DNA of 64,000 nt from an uncultured Gammaproteobacteria bacterium. GTDB lineage: Bacteria; Patescibacteriota; Patescibacteriia; UBA11705; JABHMO01. Shown one piece after another: positions 9,045 through 22,534 of this stretch; within the stretch, counting starts at the first letter, position 1, and every line of letters starts with the position of its first letter. Made by a program: the position numbers and the translations under genes. The notes under the pieces were generated by a model. It saw nothing but the letters and a program-made list of their open reading frames with translations. It was not told the DNA's origin and ran no database searches. Location: the NCBI GenBank assembly GCA_964486065.1, contig CAZAKN010000001.1, positions 157,640 to 221,639 of the forward strand, given 5' to 3'.

Positions 9045-10323
9045 CTCTTTTTTTCATTTTACGCAATTTTCTTTTGGCGGGTTCTTCATTTTTTTCCGCC
9101 GGGAATTCTCTTTCAATTGAACCGCTGGGCGCGGAGCCTTTTCTCCCGGATGGAACAAAAATCGCGGCCAGCAACAAAATCAGAGCCAATATAAACAACC
9201 AAATCCAATAATTGTAAACCGACCAAAATTCAACGGTTACGGTTTCACTATCCAGCAAATAATTGCCCCAAGGTCCGCTGACTTTCAATTTAACATAATG
9301 ATCACCGGTGCCACTGAATTTGTGCGGTCCGTTTATCTCACTTTTATTGCCATCGCCGAAATCCCATTCAAAATTAAGTTTATCCGCTTGTATTTCTTGC
9401 ACATTGGTGCGAAAAGTAAAATCATAGGTATTCCAATTGAGTGGCTTGACTTCAATTATGACTTGTTTCAATTGTTCCACTTCCGGTGATTTATAATAAT
9501 CTCCCAATTCTTCATTTTCATTTAATTCTCCACCAACACCTTCCTCATCATTTCCGAGTTCAAATTCATCGCTTTCTCGTGAATCGGAAATATAATCATT
9601 ATCTTCATTTGGCGACTGATCATCATCGGCCGACTGTTCGCCCGAATCATCATCTTCTTCATCTTGACCTTGACCCGCCGGTGGCCAATCCCCTTCATCA
9701 TCCGAACCGCTGTCAGCCGAGTCATCAGCCGGCGGTTCCGGAGTAGGTTCTTCTTGGCAACTCGGATCCAAAGGACAATAATCTTCTTTATCTCCCACTC
9801 CGTCATCATCCGTGTCCGGATCCAAAGGATCGGTGCCGATATCATCTTCTTCATCATCCGTCAATCCGTCATTATCATCGTCAGTATCATTATCATCCCC
9901 GATACCGTCACCGTCCGTATCATCTTGCGGATGGAACAAAAAGCTAAGCGCTTCATTATTGGCAAGATTCTGGTCTTCCGGATCAACATTAAGTACTTTT
10001 ATGAAAACATTAAAATCACTTTCCGGCACTGTAAACTTAATAAAACTGTCATCAGCCACTCCACCGGCCTTAACCGAAGCTCCGTCTTCTCCCAACAAAG
10101 TCGCTCCCATAAAAAATCCCACATCAGCGTAAGCGTCCTGCTCACCGTAATTTCTCACAGCCGCGTAAATTTTAACCTCTTCGCCTTTGAGCAAATTATT
10201 TTTGTCTTTTGACAAAGAAATGGCTCCGGGCGTAATCCCCAAATCAACTTCATATTGAGTAGCGGAAACAGGCGCGGACAGACTTAAAAGTCCGCAAAAT
10301 AAAATGATAATTAACTTTTTCAT
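9037..10323 (-). CDS. Surface protein: CARDB/Ig-like, thrombospondin type-3-like repeats, PKD, TM
   Basis: Signal peptide; DTDGDGIGD, DDDNDGLTD, GTDPLDPDTDDDGVGD; FEWDFGDG; C-terminal TM. Confidence 0.75.
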   Translation of the reverse strand: MKKLIIILFCGLLSLSAPVSATQYEVDLGITPGAISLSKDKNNLLKGEEVKIYAAVRNYGEQDAYADVGFFMGATLLGEDGASVKAGGVADDSFIKFTVPESDFNVFIKVLNVDPEDQNLANNEALSFLFHPQDDTDGDGIGDDNDTDDDNDGLTDDEEDDIGTDPLDPDTDDDGVGDKEDYCPLDPSCQEEPTPEPPADDSADSGSDDEGDWPPAGQGQDEEDDDSGEQSADDDQSPNEDNDYISDSRESDEFELGNDEEGVGGELNENEELGDYYKSPEVEQLKQVIIEVKPLNWNTYDFTFRTNVQEIQADKLNFEWDFGDGNKSEINGPHKFSGTGDHYVKLKVSGPWGNYLLDSETVTVEFWSVYNYWIWLFILALILLLAAIFVPSGRKGSAPSGSIEREFPAEKNEEPAKRKLRKMKKRDE

Positions 10324-10340
10324 AAAAATGCTTTATTAGC

Positions 10341-10784
10341 TTAAAAGACTTTTAATTCTTTAAAAGCCTTTCTGAACAAACCAAGCACTTTGCGAGCTTC
10401 ACCATGTTTTATTACATAATGGACATCATGAACAATATGATTGCGAACTTTATGCGCCCAGAAAACCCTTCTCACGCCAGAATATTTAAAAGAAGCGCTT
10501 TTCAATCTTTCAGCCATGGTTTTGCCGGGAAAATACATTTTTTTCAAAACACTGTCCAATAATTTATCCGCTTCAATAATCGCCAATTTCAGATTCATTT
10601 CTTTGCCATAGCTCGCCAATTCCTCAATTTTATTCCATTCCTCTTTGTAAAATTGTTTATCAATTCCTTCCACCGCGGAAAATTTCGCCAACAATTTTTT
10701 AAACAATATGAATAAAACCACCGCCACCACCGCGACCAAAATCAGAATAAAATCTCCTTGTGTGAATTCCCAATAAAAATCCAT
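10341..10784 (-). CDS. Hypothetical membrane-anchored protein
   Basis: N-terminal TM; AIIEADKLLD...AHKVRNHIVH (HEPN-like RxxxxH). Confidence 0.75.
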   Translation of the reverse strand: MDFYWEFTQGDFILILVAVVAVVLFILFKKLLAKFSAVEGIDKQFYKEEWNKIEELASYGKEMNLKLAIIEADKLLDSVLKKMYFPGKTMAERLKSASFKYSGVRRVFWAHKVRNHIVHDVHYVIKHGEARKVLGLFRKAFKELKVF

Positions 10785-10786
10785 AT

Positions 10787-12217
10787 CTAAAAATTTATTT
10801 CTTGTTCCAAATTGGCGGCCACATCCAACATGGTGGCTTCGTCGTAATAACTGCCCATCAGCTGAAGCCCGACCGGCAGGTCATCCACCAACCCGCAAGG
10901 AATGGAAATCGCCGGCAGACCGGCTACATTCGCGGAAACCGTAAAAATATCCGCCAAATACATGGTCAAAGGATCATCAAATTTCTCGCCCAAATCAAAA
11001 GCCGTACTCGGCGCCGTGGGCGTAACCAAACAATCAACATCTTTAAACACAGTTTCAAAATCTTGCTTAATCAGACGACGCGCTTTTTGCGCTTGCTTGT
11101 AATATTCATCTTGATAACCGGAAGATAGAACATAAGTGCCCAGAAAAATTCTTCTCTTCACCTCTTCGGCAAAACCTTGCTTTCTGGTTTTTAAATACAT
11201 CTCGGCCAAATTCCCCGCCTCTGCTCGGAATCCGTAACGCACACCGTCATAACGAGCCAAATTGGAAGATACTTCCGCGGTTTGCAAAATATAGTAAACG
11301 GATAAAGCGTACTCGGTTAAAGGCAAATTCACGGGTTTAACTTCCGCTCCCAAATCGGTAAGTTTGCTGATGGCTTTTTTTACGGTTTTTTCCACATCCA
11401 CATCCATGCCTTTAACGAAGTATTCTTGCGGAATACCGATTTTCAATCCATTCAAACCTTTGCCGAGTTTATCAACCACGACCGAATTTTTATCAACCGA
11501 AGTTGCATCAAATTCATCTCTGCCGGCGATATGTTCAAAAACATAAGCGGCGTCACGCACGGTTTTGGCCAAAATCCCGATCTGATCAAAGCTTGAAGCC
11601 ATGGACATAAGACCATGACGCGAAACTCGACCGTAAGTGGGTTTCAGACCAACCGTGCCGGTAAACGAAGCCGGCAAACGAACCGAACCTCCCGTGTCCG
11701 AACCCAAAGCGTAAAAAACTTCATGAGATGCCACGGCCGAGGCCGAACCGCTGGAAGATCCGCCCGGCACTTTTTTCAAATTGCACGGATTCTTAGTCGG
11801 ACCGAAATACGATGTTTCTCCCGAAGATCCCATGGCGAATTCGTCCATATTCGTTTTGCCTACGAAAATCGCGCCCGCTTTTTCCAATTTATTAATCACT
11901 CCAGCATTATATGGCGCGACATAATGCGAGAGCATTTTGGAACCGGCGGTGGCTTTCATTCCTTCAATTAAAATATTATCTTTAATGCCGACCGGAATAC
12001 CTTCCAAAACTCCGATTTCTCGGCCATCTTTGATTTTTTTATCAATCTGCTCGGCACGCCAATACGCGTCATCTTCCGTCAAGGTAATGAAACAATTCAG
12101 CTCTTCATCTTTCGCTCGGATGGCGTCAAAACAACTTTTGGTCAATTCCAAAGAGGAAAAATCTTTTTTCAAAAGTCCGCGATGCGCTTCTTCAATTGTT
12201 AATTTATTCAATTCCAT
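10787..12217 (-). CDS. gatA: Glu/Asp-tRNA amidotransferase subunit A
   Basis: GKTNMDEFAMGSS, PGGSSSGS, GSDTGGSVR, YDGVRYG. Confidence 0.97.
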   Translation of the reverse strand: MELNKLTIEEAHRGLLKKDFSSLELTKSCFDAIRAKDEELNCFITLTEDDAYWRAEQIDKKIKDGREIGVLEGIPVGIKDNILIEGMKATAGSKMLSHYVAPYNAGVINKLEKAGAIFVGKTNMDEFAMGSSGETSYFGPTKNPCNLKKVPGGSSSGSASAVASHEVFYALGSDTGGSVRLPASFTGTVGLKPTYGRVSRHGLMSMASSFDQIGILAKTVRDAAYVFEHIAGRDEFDATSVDKNSVVVDKLGKGLNGLKIGIPQEYFVKGMDVDVEKTVKKAISKLTDLGAEVKPVNLPLTEYALSVYYILQTAEVSSNLARYDGVRYGFRAEAGNLAEMYLKTRKQGFAEEVKRRIFLGTYVLSSGYQDEYYKQAQKARRLIKQDFETVFKDVDCLVTPTAPSTAFDLGEKFDDPLTMYLADIFTVSANVAGLPAISIPCGLVDDLPVGLQLMGSYYDEATMLDVAANLEQEINF

Positions 12218-12219
12218 AA

Positions 12220-12504
12220 TTACAATGTTTTATGAACTTTAAACATTTTGCGCTCAATTTCCGGCGCTTCGGCCAAAACCTTGCCCTCTTCCCAAATTTG
12301 TTTCGGCTTGTCTTCTCGCATTACATTGGTCAAGTCGGTTACATGATCCAGCGGTTCCACGCTTTGTAAATCCAATTCTTTCAATTTTTCAAAATACTCC
12401 ACCACGGAAGCCAATTGTTCGCTGAATTTACTTTTTTCTTCACTTGAAATATCAAGACGCGCCAATTTGACCAAATGTTCAATGTGTTGTTCGGAAATCT
12501 TCAT
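12220..12504 (-). CDS. gatC: Glu/Asp-tRNA amidotransferase subunit C
   Basis: KLARL...NVMRED; lies directly upstream of gatA. Confidence 0.93.
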   Translation of the reverse strand: MKISEQHIEHLVKLARLDISSEEKSKFSEQLASVVEYFEKLKELDLQSVEPLDHVTDLTNVMREDKPKQIWEEGKVLAEAPEIERKMFKVHKTL

Positions 12505-12566
12505 ATTTTTGAAATAATTATTTACAATTAAAGTTTATCATCAATTGCCTAAATTTACAATTTAAT

Positions 12567-15456
<2,890 letters not shown>

Positions 15457-15546
15457 AAGAATAATTCTGATTCAAAAATATATATTAATCAAGACTAATC
15501 AAAGAATAAAATTCAATGATCCTTAAGCGGATATCGGCGTTTGGGA

Positions 15547-16008
15547 TTATTTTAATAGCTTTAAAATTTCTTCACCCCAAAACATCATGATAATGGCCGC
15601 GACTGATAGAAAAGGAATCAGAGCGATCTTGGATTTCAGTTTGCGACCGCGGAACAAGATCAAACCGATACTCCAAATAAAGCCCAGAATGTATGCCAAA
15701 AATATGGCGTAAACGATCTGTGGCCAACCCAACAAAATACCCAAAAAAAGCCCGAAATAAATATCACCTTGTCCCACCCATTTGCCTTTTGACAATAAAG
15801 ATTGAATTAAAAAAAAGCCACTACCGAACAGAACCGCCCATAAAACATTTCTCAGCTCAGCCGGCTGCAAGCCAAAAAACCAAATTCTATAAAATACGGC
15901 GACCAATGCGGATAACAAAATAAATTCACGATAAACCGCGCCTCGCCGATAATCGTTAAACGCCAGTCCGAGCAAGCAAATTAAAAAAATTATTTTAAAA
16001 TAAATCAT
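15547..16008 (-). CDS. A24-family prepilin peptidase (peptidase domain only)
   Basis: AFND...WVGQGD catalytic Asp pair; IALIPFL tail. Confidence 0.8.
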   Translation of the reverse strand: MIYFKIIFLICLLGLAFNDYRRGAVYREFILLSALVAVFYRIWFFGLQPAELRNVLWAVLFGSGFFLIQSLLSKGKWVGQGDIYFGLFLGILLGWPQIVYAIFLAYILGFIWSIGLILFRGRKLKSKIALIPFLSVAAIIMMFWGEEILKLLK

Positions 16009-16009
16009 C

Positions 16010-17005
16010 TTACACAAGGTTAACCATTTCCACCAAACGATTGGCGTAACCCCACTCATTATCATACCAAGCGATAATTTTGGCTAGATTGCCCCCCACC
16101 ACTCTGGTCATGGCAAGATCAACGATGGCTGATTCCGATCGTCCGATAATGTCGCTGGAAACCAAAGGTTCATCGGTCGTTGCCAGCAGGCCTTTGTAAA
16201 GCGGGCTTTTGGAAGCTTGAGTGAAAGCGCGATTGATTTTTTCCGAAGTTGTATCTTTTGACAAAAGCACGGTTAGATCGGCCAAAGAACCGCAAACCAA
16301 AGGAACTCGCACCGCCAAACCGTCAAATTTATCTTGCAATTCCGGCATGGTCAAAATGGTGGCCTTGGCAGCGCCCGTGGAAGTCGGGATCATGTTATTC
16401 AGAGCGGAACGACCGCGACGATAATCTTTGGCGTATGGCAAATCAACCGTTCTTTGCGAAGCGGTAACCGCGTGAATAGTGTTAAGCAAAGCTTTTTCCA
16501 CGCCGAAATTTCCTTGCAAAACGGCCATAACCGGCGCCACGCAATTGGTGGTACAGGAAGCATTGGCCATTATCTCGGAAGGTTCAACGCTTTTGTTATT
16601 AACGCCTTTAACCACGGTGGCGACTTTACCGTCTTTGCTTGGCGCGGAAATGAACACCCGTTTAGCGCCCGCGTGCAAATGTTTACGAGAGTCATTCTGA
16701 CGCGTGAACACGCCGGTACATTCCAAAACCGTATCAATCTTCATTTTTTTCCATGGCAATTTCCGCGGTTCGGCAATCCGTGAAAACGCGATTTTCTTCC
16801 CATTTATCATTAAATAATCTTTACCCGCTTTCGCGGTTTTAATACTTGAATTTTGATAAACGGAATCATGTTTCAATAAATAAACCAAATTTTCCGGATC
16901 CGCCAAATCATTGATGGCCACGACTTGAATATTTTTTTTACTCAAAGCTATTTTCAGAGCCGCGCGTCCGATACGACCGAAGCCGTTGATGGCGATTTTT
17001 TTCAT
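16010..17005 (-). CDS. gap: Type I glyceraldehyde-3-phosphate dehydrogenase
   Basis: INGFGRIGR, ASCTTNC, WYDNEWGY. Confidence 0.97.
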   Translation of the reverse strand: MKKIAINGFGRIGRAALKIALSKKNIQVVAINDLADPENLVYLLKHDSVYQNSSIKTAKAGKDYLMINGKKIAFSRIAEPRKLPWKKMKIDTVLECTGVFTRQNDSRKHLHAGAKRVFISAPSKDGKVATVVKGVNNKSVEPSEIMANASCTTNCVAPVMAVLQGNFGVEKALLNTIHAVTASQRTVDLPYAKDYRRGRSALNNMIPTSTGAAKATILTMPELQDKFDGLAVRVPLVCGSLADLTVLLSKDTTSEKINRAFTQASKSPLYKGLLATTDEPLVSSDIIGRSESAIVDLAMTRVVGGNLAKIIAWYDNEWGYANRLVEMVNLV

Positions 17006-17016
17006 AATTAAAAATA

Positions 17017-17766
17017 TTATTTCTCAATTTTCAATTTATCCAAAATATTGAAAACCGTTTGTTCGTCAATCATTTGTTCGCCTTCAGTGTCTTGATAGCG
17101 GAAAAATAATTCCACATAACCGCCTTCGGTTTTTTCAATCACCATAGCCGCCGTGCCATTGTCCATGACATACCAATCAGCGTCCAAACCCGCCACTTTC
17201 ATTTCTTGACTTTCTTGTTCATCCGCGTATCTATCCACCGTTTCGTTAACATAAACCTCCATATCCGCCGAGAACTCATTTTGTTCCGGGACTTCTCCGC
17301 CCGAATAAAAATTTATCACCTCCCCTTCTTCACGATAAGGATTATCCACGTAAGCCCATTTGGGAGGAAAATAAACCGTTAAACCGTATTTGGAAAAACT
17401 TAACCATTGATTTTCCTTGATAATTTCAGATAAATTTTCAATGGCCTTACTTTCCACGCGATCGTTTTGATTCTTTTCATATTCAGGTTCTCCCGAAACA
17501 TCAACCGGTACTTCCAACCCGTTTTGCGCCAAAATCTCTTTGTAAATTTCTCCGTAATAAAGTCGCGTCATTTTGGTTTCCACATACATGGCACTGAACA
17601 AAGCGGCGAAAGCTAAAAACACGCAAACTATCATAACTGTCAAAACTACCGATAAACCTTTAAAATAATGCAATTCTTGTTTGATCAAGCGAATTCTCTC
17701 CTTGGTGGAATTGATATCCAACTTGATCTTTTCTTTGGATTTTGATTTTTTGTTTTTTGTTGGCAT
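17017..17766 (-). CDS. Hypothetical bitopic membrane protein with extracellular domain
   Basis: Basic N-terminus, one TM, YGLTVYFPPKW motif. Confidence 0.65.
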   Translation of the reverse strand: MPTKNKKSKSKEKIKLDINSTKERIRLIKQELHYFKGLSVVLTVMIVCVFLAFAALFSAMYVETKMTRLYYGEIYKEILAQNGLEVPVDVSGEPEYEKNQNDRVESKAIENLSEIIKENQWLSFSKYGLTVYFPPKWAYVDNPYREEGEVINFYSGGEVPEQNEFSADMEVYVNETVDRYADEQESQEMKVAGLDADWYVMDNGTAAMVIEKTEGGYVELFFRYQDTEGEQMIDEQTVFNILDKLKIEK

Positions 17767-17881
17767 AGATTTTATTTTATAAAAAGTAATAAAGCTACAG
17801 AGAGTGCAAATCATGAATAATTTCCTTGTTCCGTGAAATATGTTTAAAGTTTAAGTTTTTCACCCATTTTTCTCGTTAAAA

Positions 17882-19012
17882 TCACTTGAACAGGTTAATA
17901 ATATCTTTCCCCGTGACGATCAAAACCAAAAGCATTAGCAAAGCAAAACCGATCGTATGCACCACTTGTTCAACTTTTTGACTAACGGGTTTGCGACGGA
18001 TTTTTTCAATCAAGATAAACAAAACACGTCCGCCATCCAAAGCCGGTAAAGGTAAAAAATTAATAATCGCCAAATTTATTGACAATAGCGCCGTGAATTG
18101 CAAAGCGTAATTTATGCCCATGCGCGCCACTTTGCCGGTCATAACGGCGATTCCTACCGGTCCGGCCACTTCCACACCAACGGGTTGTCCGACAATCGCA
18201 TTTTTAATTATCGTGACGAAAGCAACTATTATTTGAATGAATAAATTATAAGTGGCTTTCAATCCCAACCAAATTGATTTATACCATGGATAAGACACGA
18301 TTCCGGTTTTTTCAATTCCCACTCCAAGCACCGCCCGCTCACCTGTTTCATTTTCCGGCAAAACCTGTGGCGTGGCTGATAAAAGAACCGGCTCACCGTA
18401 TCTGGAAATTTCAATTTCCATGCTTTGACCGTTTTTTGAAGCAACATAATCTTGCACTTCGGTAATTTCGCTGAATGAAAAACCGTCCAAAGCGACAATG
18501 GCGTCACCAAGTTCAATCCCCGCTTCCGTAGCCGGAGAGTTTGCCACCAAGGACATGACTTGCATTTTCTCGTCTGAAACTTTGGCACCTTCTTCAACAT
18601 TGCTTAAAACTTGCGGACTGCCCAATGTAAAAACCAACATGAGACAAATCGCCGCCAAAATTATATTCATAGTTACGCCCGCGGATAAAATAATGCTTCG
18701 CTTCCAAGGTTTTTTGGCGGCAAAACTGTCCGGATCTTTACTTTCACCATCTTCACCTTTAATTTTAACGAAACCTCCGAGCGGAATCCAATTGAGCGAC
18801 CAGATGGTATCTTCCGATTCATGTTCTCCGCTTCCCCAAAAAAATTTTCTTTTACCGTTAACTTTTTTCCAGCCGAAAACGCGAGGCGGGAACCCAAACC
18901 CGAATTCTTCGGCTTTTACGCCGAACATTCTGGCGGTGGCGTAATGTCCCAGCTCATGCACGAACACCAACACCGACAACACCAAAACAAATACGATTAT
19001 GGTAAATGCCAT
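17882..19012 (-). CDS. rseP: RIP metalloprotease RseP
   Basis: HELGH, IPLGGFVK, PDZ domain, NFLPLPALDGG. Confidence 0.95.
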   Translation of the reverse strand: MAFTIIVFVLVLSVLVFVHELGHYATARMFGVKAEEFGFGFPPRVFGWKKVNGKRKFFWGSGEHESEDTIWSLNWIPLGGFVKIKGEDGESKDPDSFAAKKPWKRSIILSAGVTMNIILAAICLMLVFTLGSPQVLSNVEEGAKVSDEKMQVMSLVANSPATEAGIELGDAIVALDGFSFSEITEVQDYVASKNGQSMEIEISRYGEPVLLSATPQVLPENETGERAVLGVGIEKTGIVSYPWYKSIWLGLKATYNLFIQIIVAFVTIIKNAIVGQPVGVEVAGPVGIAVMTGKVARMGINYALQFTALLSINLAIINFLPLPALDGGRVLFILIEKIRRKPVSQKVEQVVHTIGFALLMLLVLIVTGKDIINLFK

Positions 19013-19015
19013 ATT

Positions 19016-19825
19016 TTACGAATATTTAATTATTTTTTTTACGGTTATTTTTTCTCCGAGAAATTTTTCCGCTATTTTCGCGAAATTCTCATTTAAATCA
19101 CTGACTTGATAAATGCGCTCGCCGCGCGGGCTTATTCGCTCGGCCATCTCGGGATGCCGATTCAAATATTCAACCAAAGAACCAGCCACAATTTCACCGG
19201 GATCAGGTACTTCACATTCTCCCCCCATAATGTCGCGAACTTGCTTTAAAAGCAACGGATAATGCGTACATCCCAAAATCAGACTGTCAACTTTTTCTCG
19301 CTTCAAAGGCTTTAAATAATATTCCAATATACTTACCGTTTCCAGACGCTTCAACCAATTCTCTTCAATTAACGGTACCAAAAGTGGCGCGGCCACTTGT
19401 TCTACTCGCAATTTCGGCTGTAACTTCTTTAATTCTACCATATACGCGCCCGACTGAACAGTCCCGCGCGTGCCGATAATCCCCACTTTTTGCTTGGCAT
19501 TTTGCGCCATGAATTCCACGATCGGTCTGATCACCCCGAGAACTCGCAAATTATCATCGCGCAAAGCGGGTAAATATTCTTGTTGTATTCTGCGCAAAGC
19601 TTTAGCCGAGGCGGTATTACAAGCGATAATGATAAGTTTGCAACCTTGTTTAAATAAATAATCGCAAGCTTGGCGCGTCAATTCAAAAACCGCCTCTTCG
19701 GAACGATTGCCATAAGGCACATGCAAAGTATCGCCGAAATACAAATAATCATATTGCGGTAACTTTTTTTTAATTTGTTTCAAGACGGTTAACCCGCCCA
19801 ATCCTGAATCAAATACACCGATCAT
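19016..19825 (-). CDS. murI: Glutamate racemase
   Basis: FDSGLGG, IACNTAS, LGCTHYP. Confidence 0.96.
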   Translation of the reverse strand: MIGVFDSGLGGLTVLKQIKKKLPQYDYLYFGDTLHVPYGNRSEEAVFELTRQACDYLFKQGCKLIIIACNTASAKALRRIQQEYLPALRDDNLRVLGVIRPIVEFMAQNAKQKVGIIGTRGTVQSGAYMVELKKLQPKLRVEQVAAPLLVPLIEENWLKRLETVSILEYYLKPLKREKVDSLILGCTHYPLLLKQVRDIMGGECEVPDPGEIVAGSLVEYLNRHPEMAERISPRGERIYQVSDLNENFAKIAEKFLGEKITVKKIIKYS

Positions 19826-19879
19826 ATTATGGATATTTTAGCATATTTTTCTTCATGCCCCAATTTTTCAATTAAAAAA

Positions 19880-19901
19880 GCGGGACAGCTCACTGTCCCG
19901 C
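19880..19901 (-). terminator. Intrinsic terminator
   Basis: gcgggacag-ctca-ctgtcccgc preceded by an A-tract. Confidence 0.75.
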
Positions 19902-19917
19902 GTAATTGTGATAAAGA

Positions 19918-21177
19918 TCATTTCTTACCGGATTGGATCATCACGCCGAAATTGGCTTTGCTACGCTTGATTTGTTCGCGTTTGCGATGTTCTTCTTCAA
20001 TCGTCAACTGTTCGTTGACAGCTTGCAAAAGATCTTCCGGCGACATATCCACGCACTTGGCATAATCTTTGGCTTGAGGATCCAGATCTTCCTCGGACTG
20101 CAATTCGCCAACTTTGTTTTCTTTCATGACGAAGATTTGCCGATTGATGGCTTTATCCGTCAAAGCTTGCTTCGGAGTTTTCTCCGGACAACTTTTTTGG
20201 TAACCTTTTTCAAAAAGCTTTTTGGTAATTTTCTGCCTACTCACCTCATCACCAAAAACTTTTTTCAGCAAAAGATCGGCTTCGGCTTTCCACTCTTCCT
20301 GCTTTGCCTTTTCCTGTTGACGCTTTTCCAGATCAACCTTTGACAAAGCGGGTTCTATTTTCCTCTTTTCGTTACCGATTTTCGAATCGGTATTCCTTGG
20401 TAGCCATGGCCAACCGGAGGACTCGTTTATTTTGTGAACGAGTTCAAAATGTGCCGGAGAAGCATGATTATCGGGATTGGGAAAATCTGCTTTGACAAAC
20501 CCGAAAGCTCGATACAGTACCGTGTTGATAATGGTCAGCAAATCGCTGATTCTGACATTCCAACCTTCATTGGAAGCTTTATCAATAAAACTGCCATAAT
20601 CATCATAACCGAAAAACCTGTATTCTTCTTCTTCTACCCTTTTCTTCACGCCGATCATCGTACCGCGCAAAGCCATCCAAACATACCTATCCGCCGATTT
20701 CCAATACGCTTCCGGCAAGCTGTTGTTCGGATATTCCGCTCTGATTTCCCGCAACTTGAATTTGACTCTATCTTCATCTGATTCTTCCGTGGGAAAATCA
20801 GGTTGCTCAAATCGCAGTTCGGGATTTCTGACAATCATCACCTCCGGCTTTTCCGGAGTCAAGTCTTTTCTCTTTTGAACTTCGGGTTCTTTCTCCTTTT
20901 CTTTGAGAAAGACTTCTGGTTCGGCCTCGCCGGAATTTTCGCTTTCGGCAACACCCAGTTCTTCCAGAAGTTTCAATTTGGCCGACTTAAGAAAAAGATT
21001 CTCCGCTTGTGTTTTTAAAGCCTTTTCTCTAAGCAACCGACGAATCTCCTCATCTTGCCACAGCAGATCTGCTTGATCCGGTTGTCCTAATTTTTCCGCC
21101 AATTTAGTGGCTTCCGACATCATGACTTCTTTGAGATCCTTGTCAGTTACTTGATCATTATTGTGAACGGACATCAT
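19918..21177 (-). CDS. Orphan, highly charged protein (SD-led class)
   Basis: AAGGAGG-N5-ATG at 21177; own promoter TTGACC-N17-TAAATT. Confidence 0.75.
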   Translation of the reverse strand: MMSVHNNDQVTDKDLKEVMMSEATKLAEKLGQPDQADLLWQDEEIRRLLREKALKTQAENLFLKSAKLKLLEELGVAESENSGEAEPEVFLKEKEKEPEVQKRKDLTPEKPEVMIVRNPELRFEQPDFPTEESDEDRVKFKLREIRAEYPNNSLPEAYWKSADRYVWMALRGTMIGVKKRVEEEEYRFFGYDDYGSFIDKASNEGWNVRISDLLTIINTVLYRAFGFVKADFPNPDNHASPAHFELVHKINESSGWPWLPRNTDSKIGNEKRKIEPALSKVDLEKRQQEKAKQEEWKAEADLLLKKVFGDEVSRQKITKKLFEKGYQKSCPEKTPKQALTDKAINRQIFVMKENKVGELQSEEDLDPQAKDYAKCVDMSPEDLLQAVNEQLTIEEEHRKREQIKRSKANFGVMIQSGKK

Positions 21178-21403
21178 ATTTTCCTCCTTCGGCAAAGCCG
21201 AAAAATCAATCTCCCACTTAAGGAAATCCTAAGATTTACGGAGACAAATTATTTGAAAATTTAACACATTAATATTATCCGGTCAAGTAAATATGGTTAT
21301 TTTTGTCTAAATTTAAACAATATTTCAAATTGACATAGACTGATAATTTTGCTAAATTATTATATTGACAGAACTTTGACAATCACTTGAGAAAGAGCAC
21401 ATC

Positions 21404-21958
21404 ATGAATCTTAAAAACTTGGAAAAATGGATGGAATTCATTGAAAACATGGTTATTCTTCCTTGCTTCATAATTTTAATCTTAACAGGGATCGCCATTT
21501 CCCTGTGGATGGATTTAACCAGAAGATATGAAAACATCCCGGTGGATGAAACCGCAAAGTTTTTCGTTGTCCGAGAAAACACCTTCGGACTGAAAAATGG
21601 TCAAGTTTTCATTCGTTCCAAAGTGCCAATCTTCTATTCGGAAAACATTGTTAAGCCGATTTTTCAGTATAAATCGTATGAAGGTCCGCGTTATTTGATT
21701 CCTTATCCGAAACTGGATTTGGTGATCTTGGAACTGGAAAAAATCAACGCGGATTCAAACATTATCTCGGTCATGTTTCCAAACATGGAAACTAAAAGTT
21801 TCATCATTAACTCTCCACCGAAAAACGAGCGTCGCTGGCCGGACATGATTGAAAGAGACATGAAAAAACAAGGGCTCCCGATTCCCGAATACACCTTGTA
21901 TCGCTGGCAACCGGGAACTCCACCTAATCAAGGTGAAATCATCATCAGCACTTTATAA
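21404..21958 (+). CDS. Orphan membrane-anchored protein, paralog A
   Basis: Promoter TTGACA(21330)-N17-TAAATT; N-terminal TM; aligns with the next ORF. Confidence 0.8.
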   Translation: MNLKNLEKWMEFIENMVILPCFIILILTGIAISLWMDLTRRYENIPVDETAKFFVVRENTFGLKNGQVFIRSKVPIFYSENIVKPIFQYKSYEGPRYLIPYPKLDLVILELEKINADSNIISVMFPNMETKSFIINSPPKNERRWPDMIERDMKKQGLPIPEYTLYRWQPGTPPNQGEIIISTL

Positions 21959-21968
21959 GGAGATTATT

Positions 21969-22523
21969 ATGACCAGACTTGAAATTTTCCTTTTTTCCAG
22001 CTATTGGCTGATCTTCCTGATGGCAATGATAGGTAATGCGTTCTATCATGACATGTATAAATATTCAGTGGTTCTGAACACGCAAACCGAAAACTACATT
22101 ATCGTGGAAGCCGAATATATTACTTCACCAAACAGAAAAGAGCGCATGCCTAAACCGGGGCAGGTTTTCATTCGTTCCGAAGTACCGGTGGTTTTTTCGG
22201 ACGAAGTGGGCGCGACGACTTTTCAGTACAGTCCTTGGCAAGGAGCTCGTTTACTGAAACCTTTTCCCCAAGAGACGAAAGAATTGATGGTTCTGAACTG
22301 TGAAAAAATTAATTCTCTGTCCGCTGTCGTAACGGTTATGTTCCCCGATGGATGCGCTCGTTCTTTTGTGACTCAATCACCAAGCAAAAATATTCATCGC
22401 CCTCCCGACTTGGTTGAACGAAACATGTTGCGACAAGGTCTGCCTGTCCCTCAATACCTTGTGTATCATTGGGAAACGAATACTCCGCGTGATCAAGGCA
22501 AGCTGTTCTTTTCCGTCATTTAG
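21969..22523 (+). CDS. Orphan membrane-anchored protein, paralog B
   Basis: AAGGAG-N6-ATG; shares GQVFIRSxVP, EKIN, VMFP, PDxxER and QGLPxPxY with paralog A. Confidence 0.8.
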   Translation: MTRLEIFLFSSYWLIFLMAMIGNAFYHDMYKYSVVLNTQTENYIIVEAEYITSPNRKERMPKPGQVFIRSEVPVVFSDEVGATTFQYSPWQGARLLKPFPQETKELMVLNCEKINSLSAVVTVMFPDGCARSFVTQSPSKNIHRPPDLVERNMLRQGLPVPQYLVYHWETNTPRDQGKLFFSVI

Positions 22524-22534
22524 ATTCGTAAATC

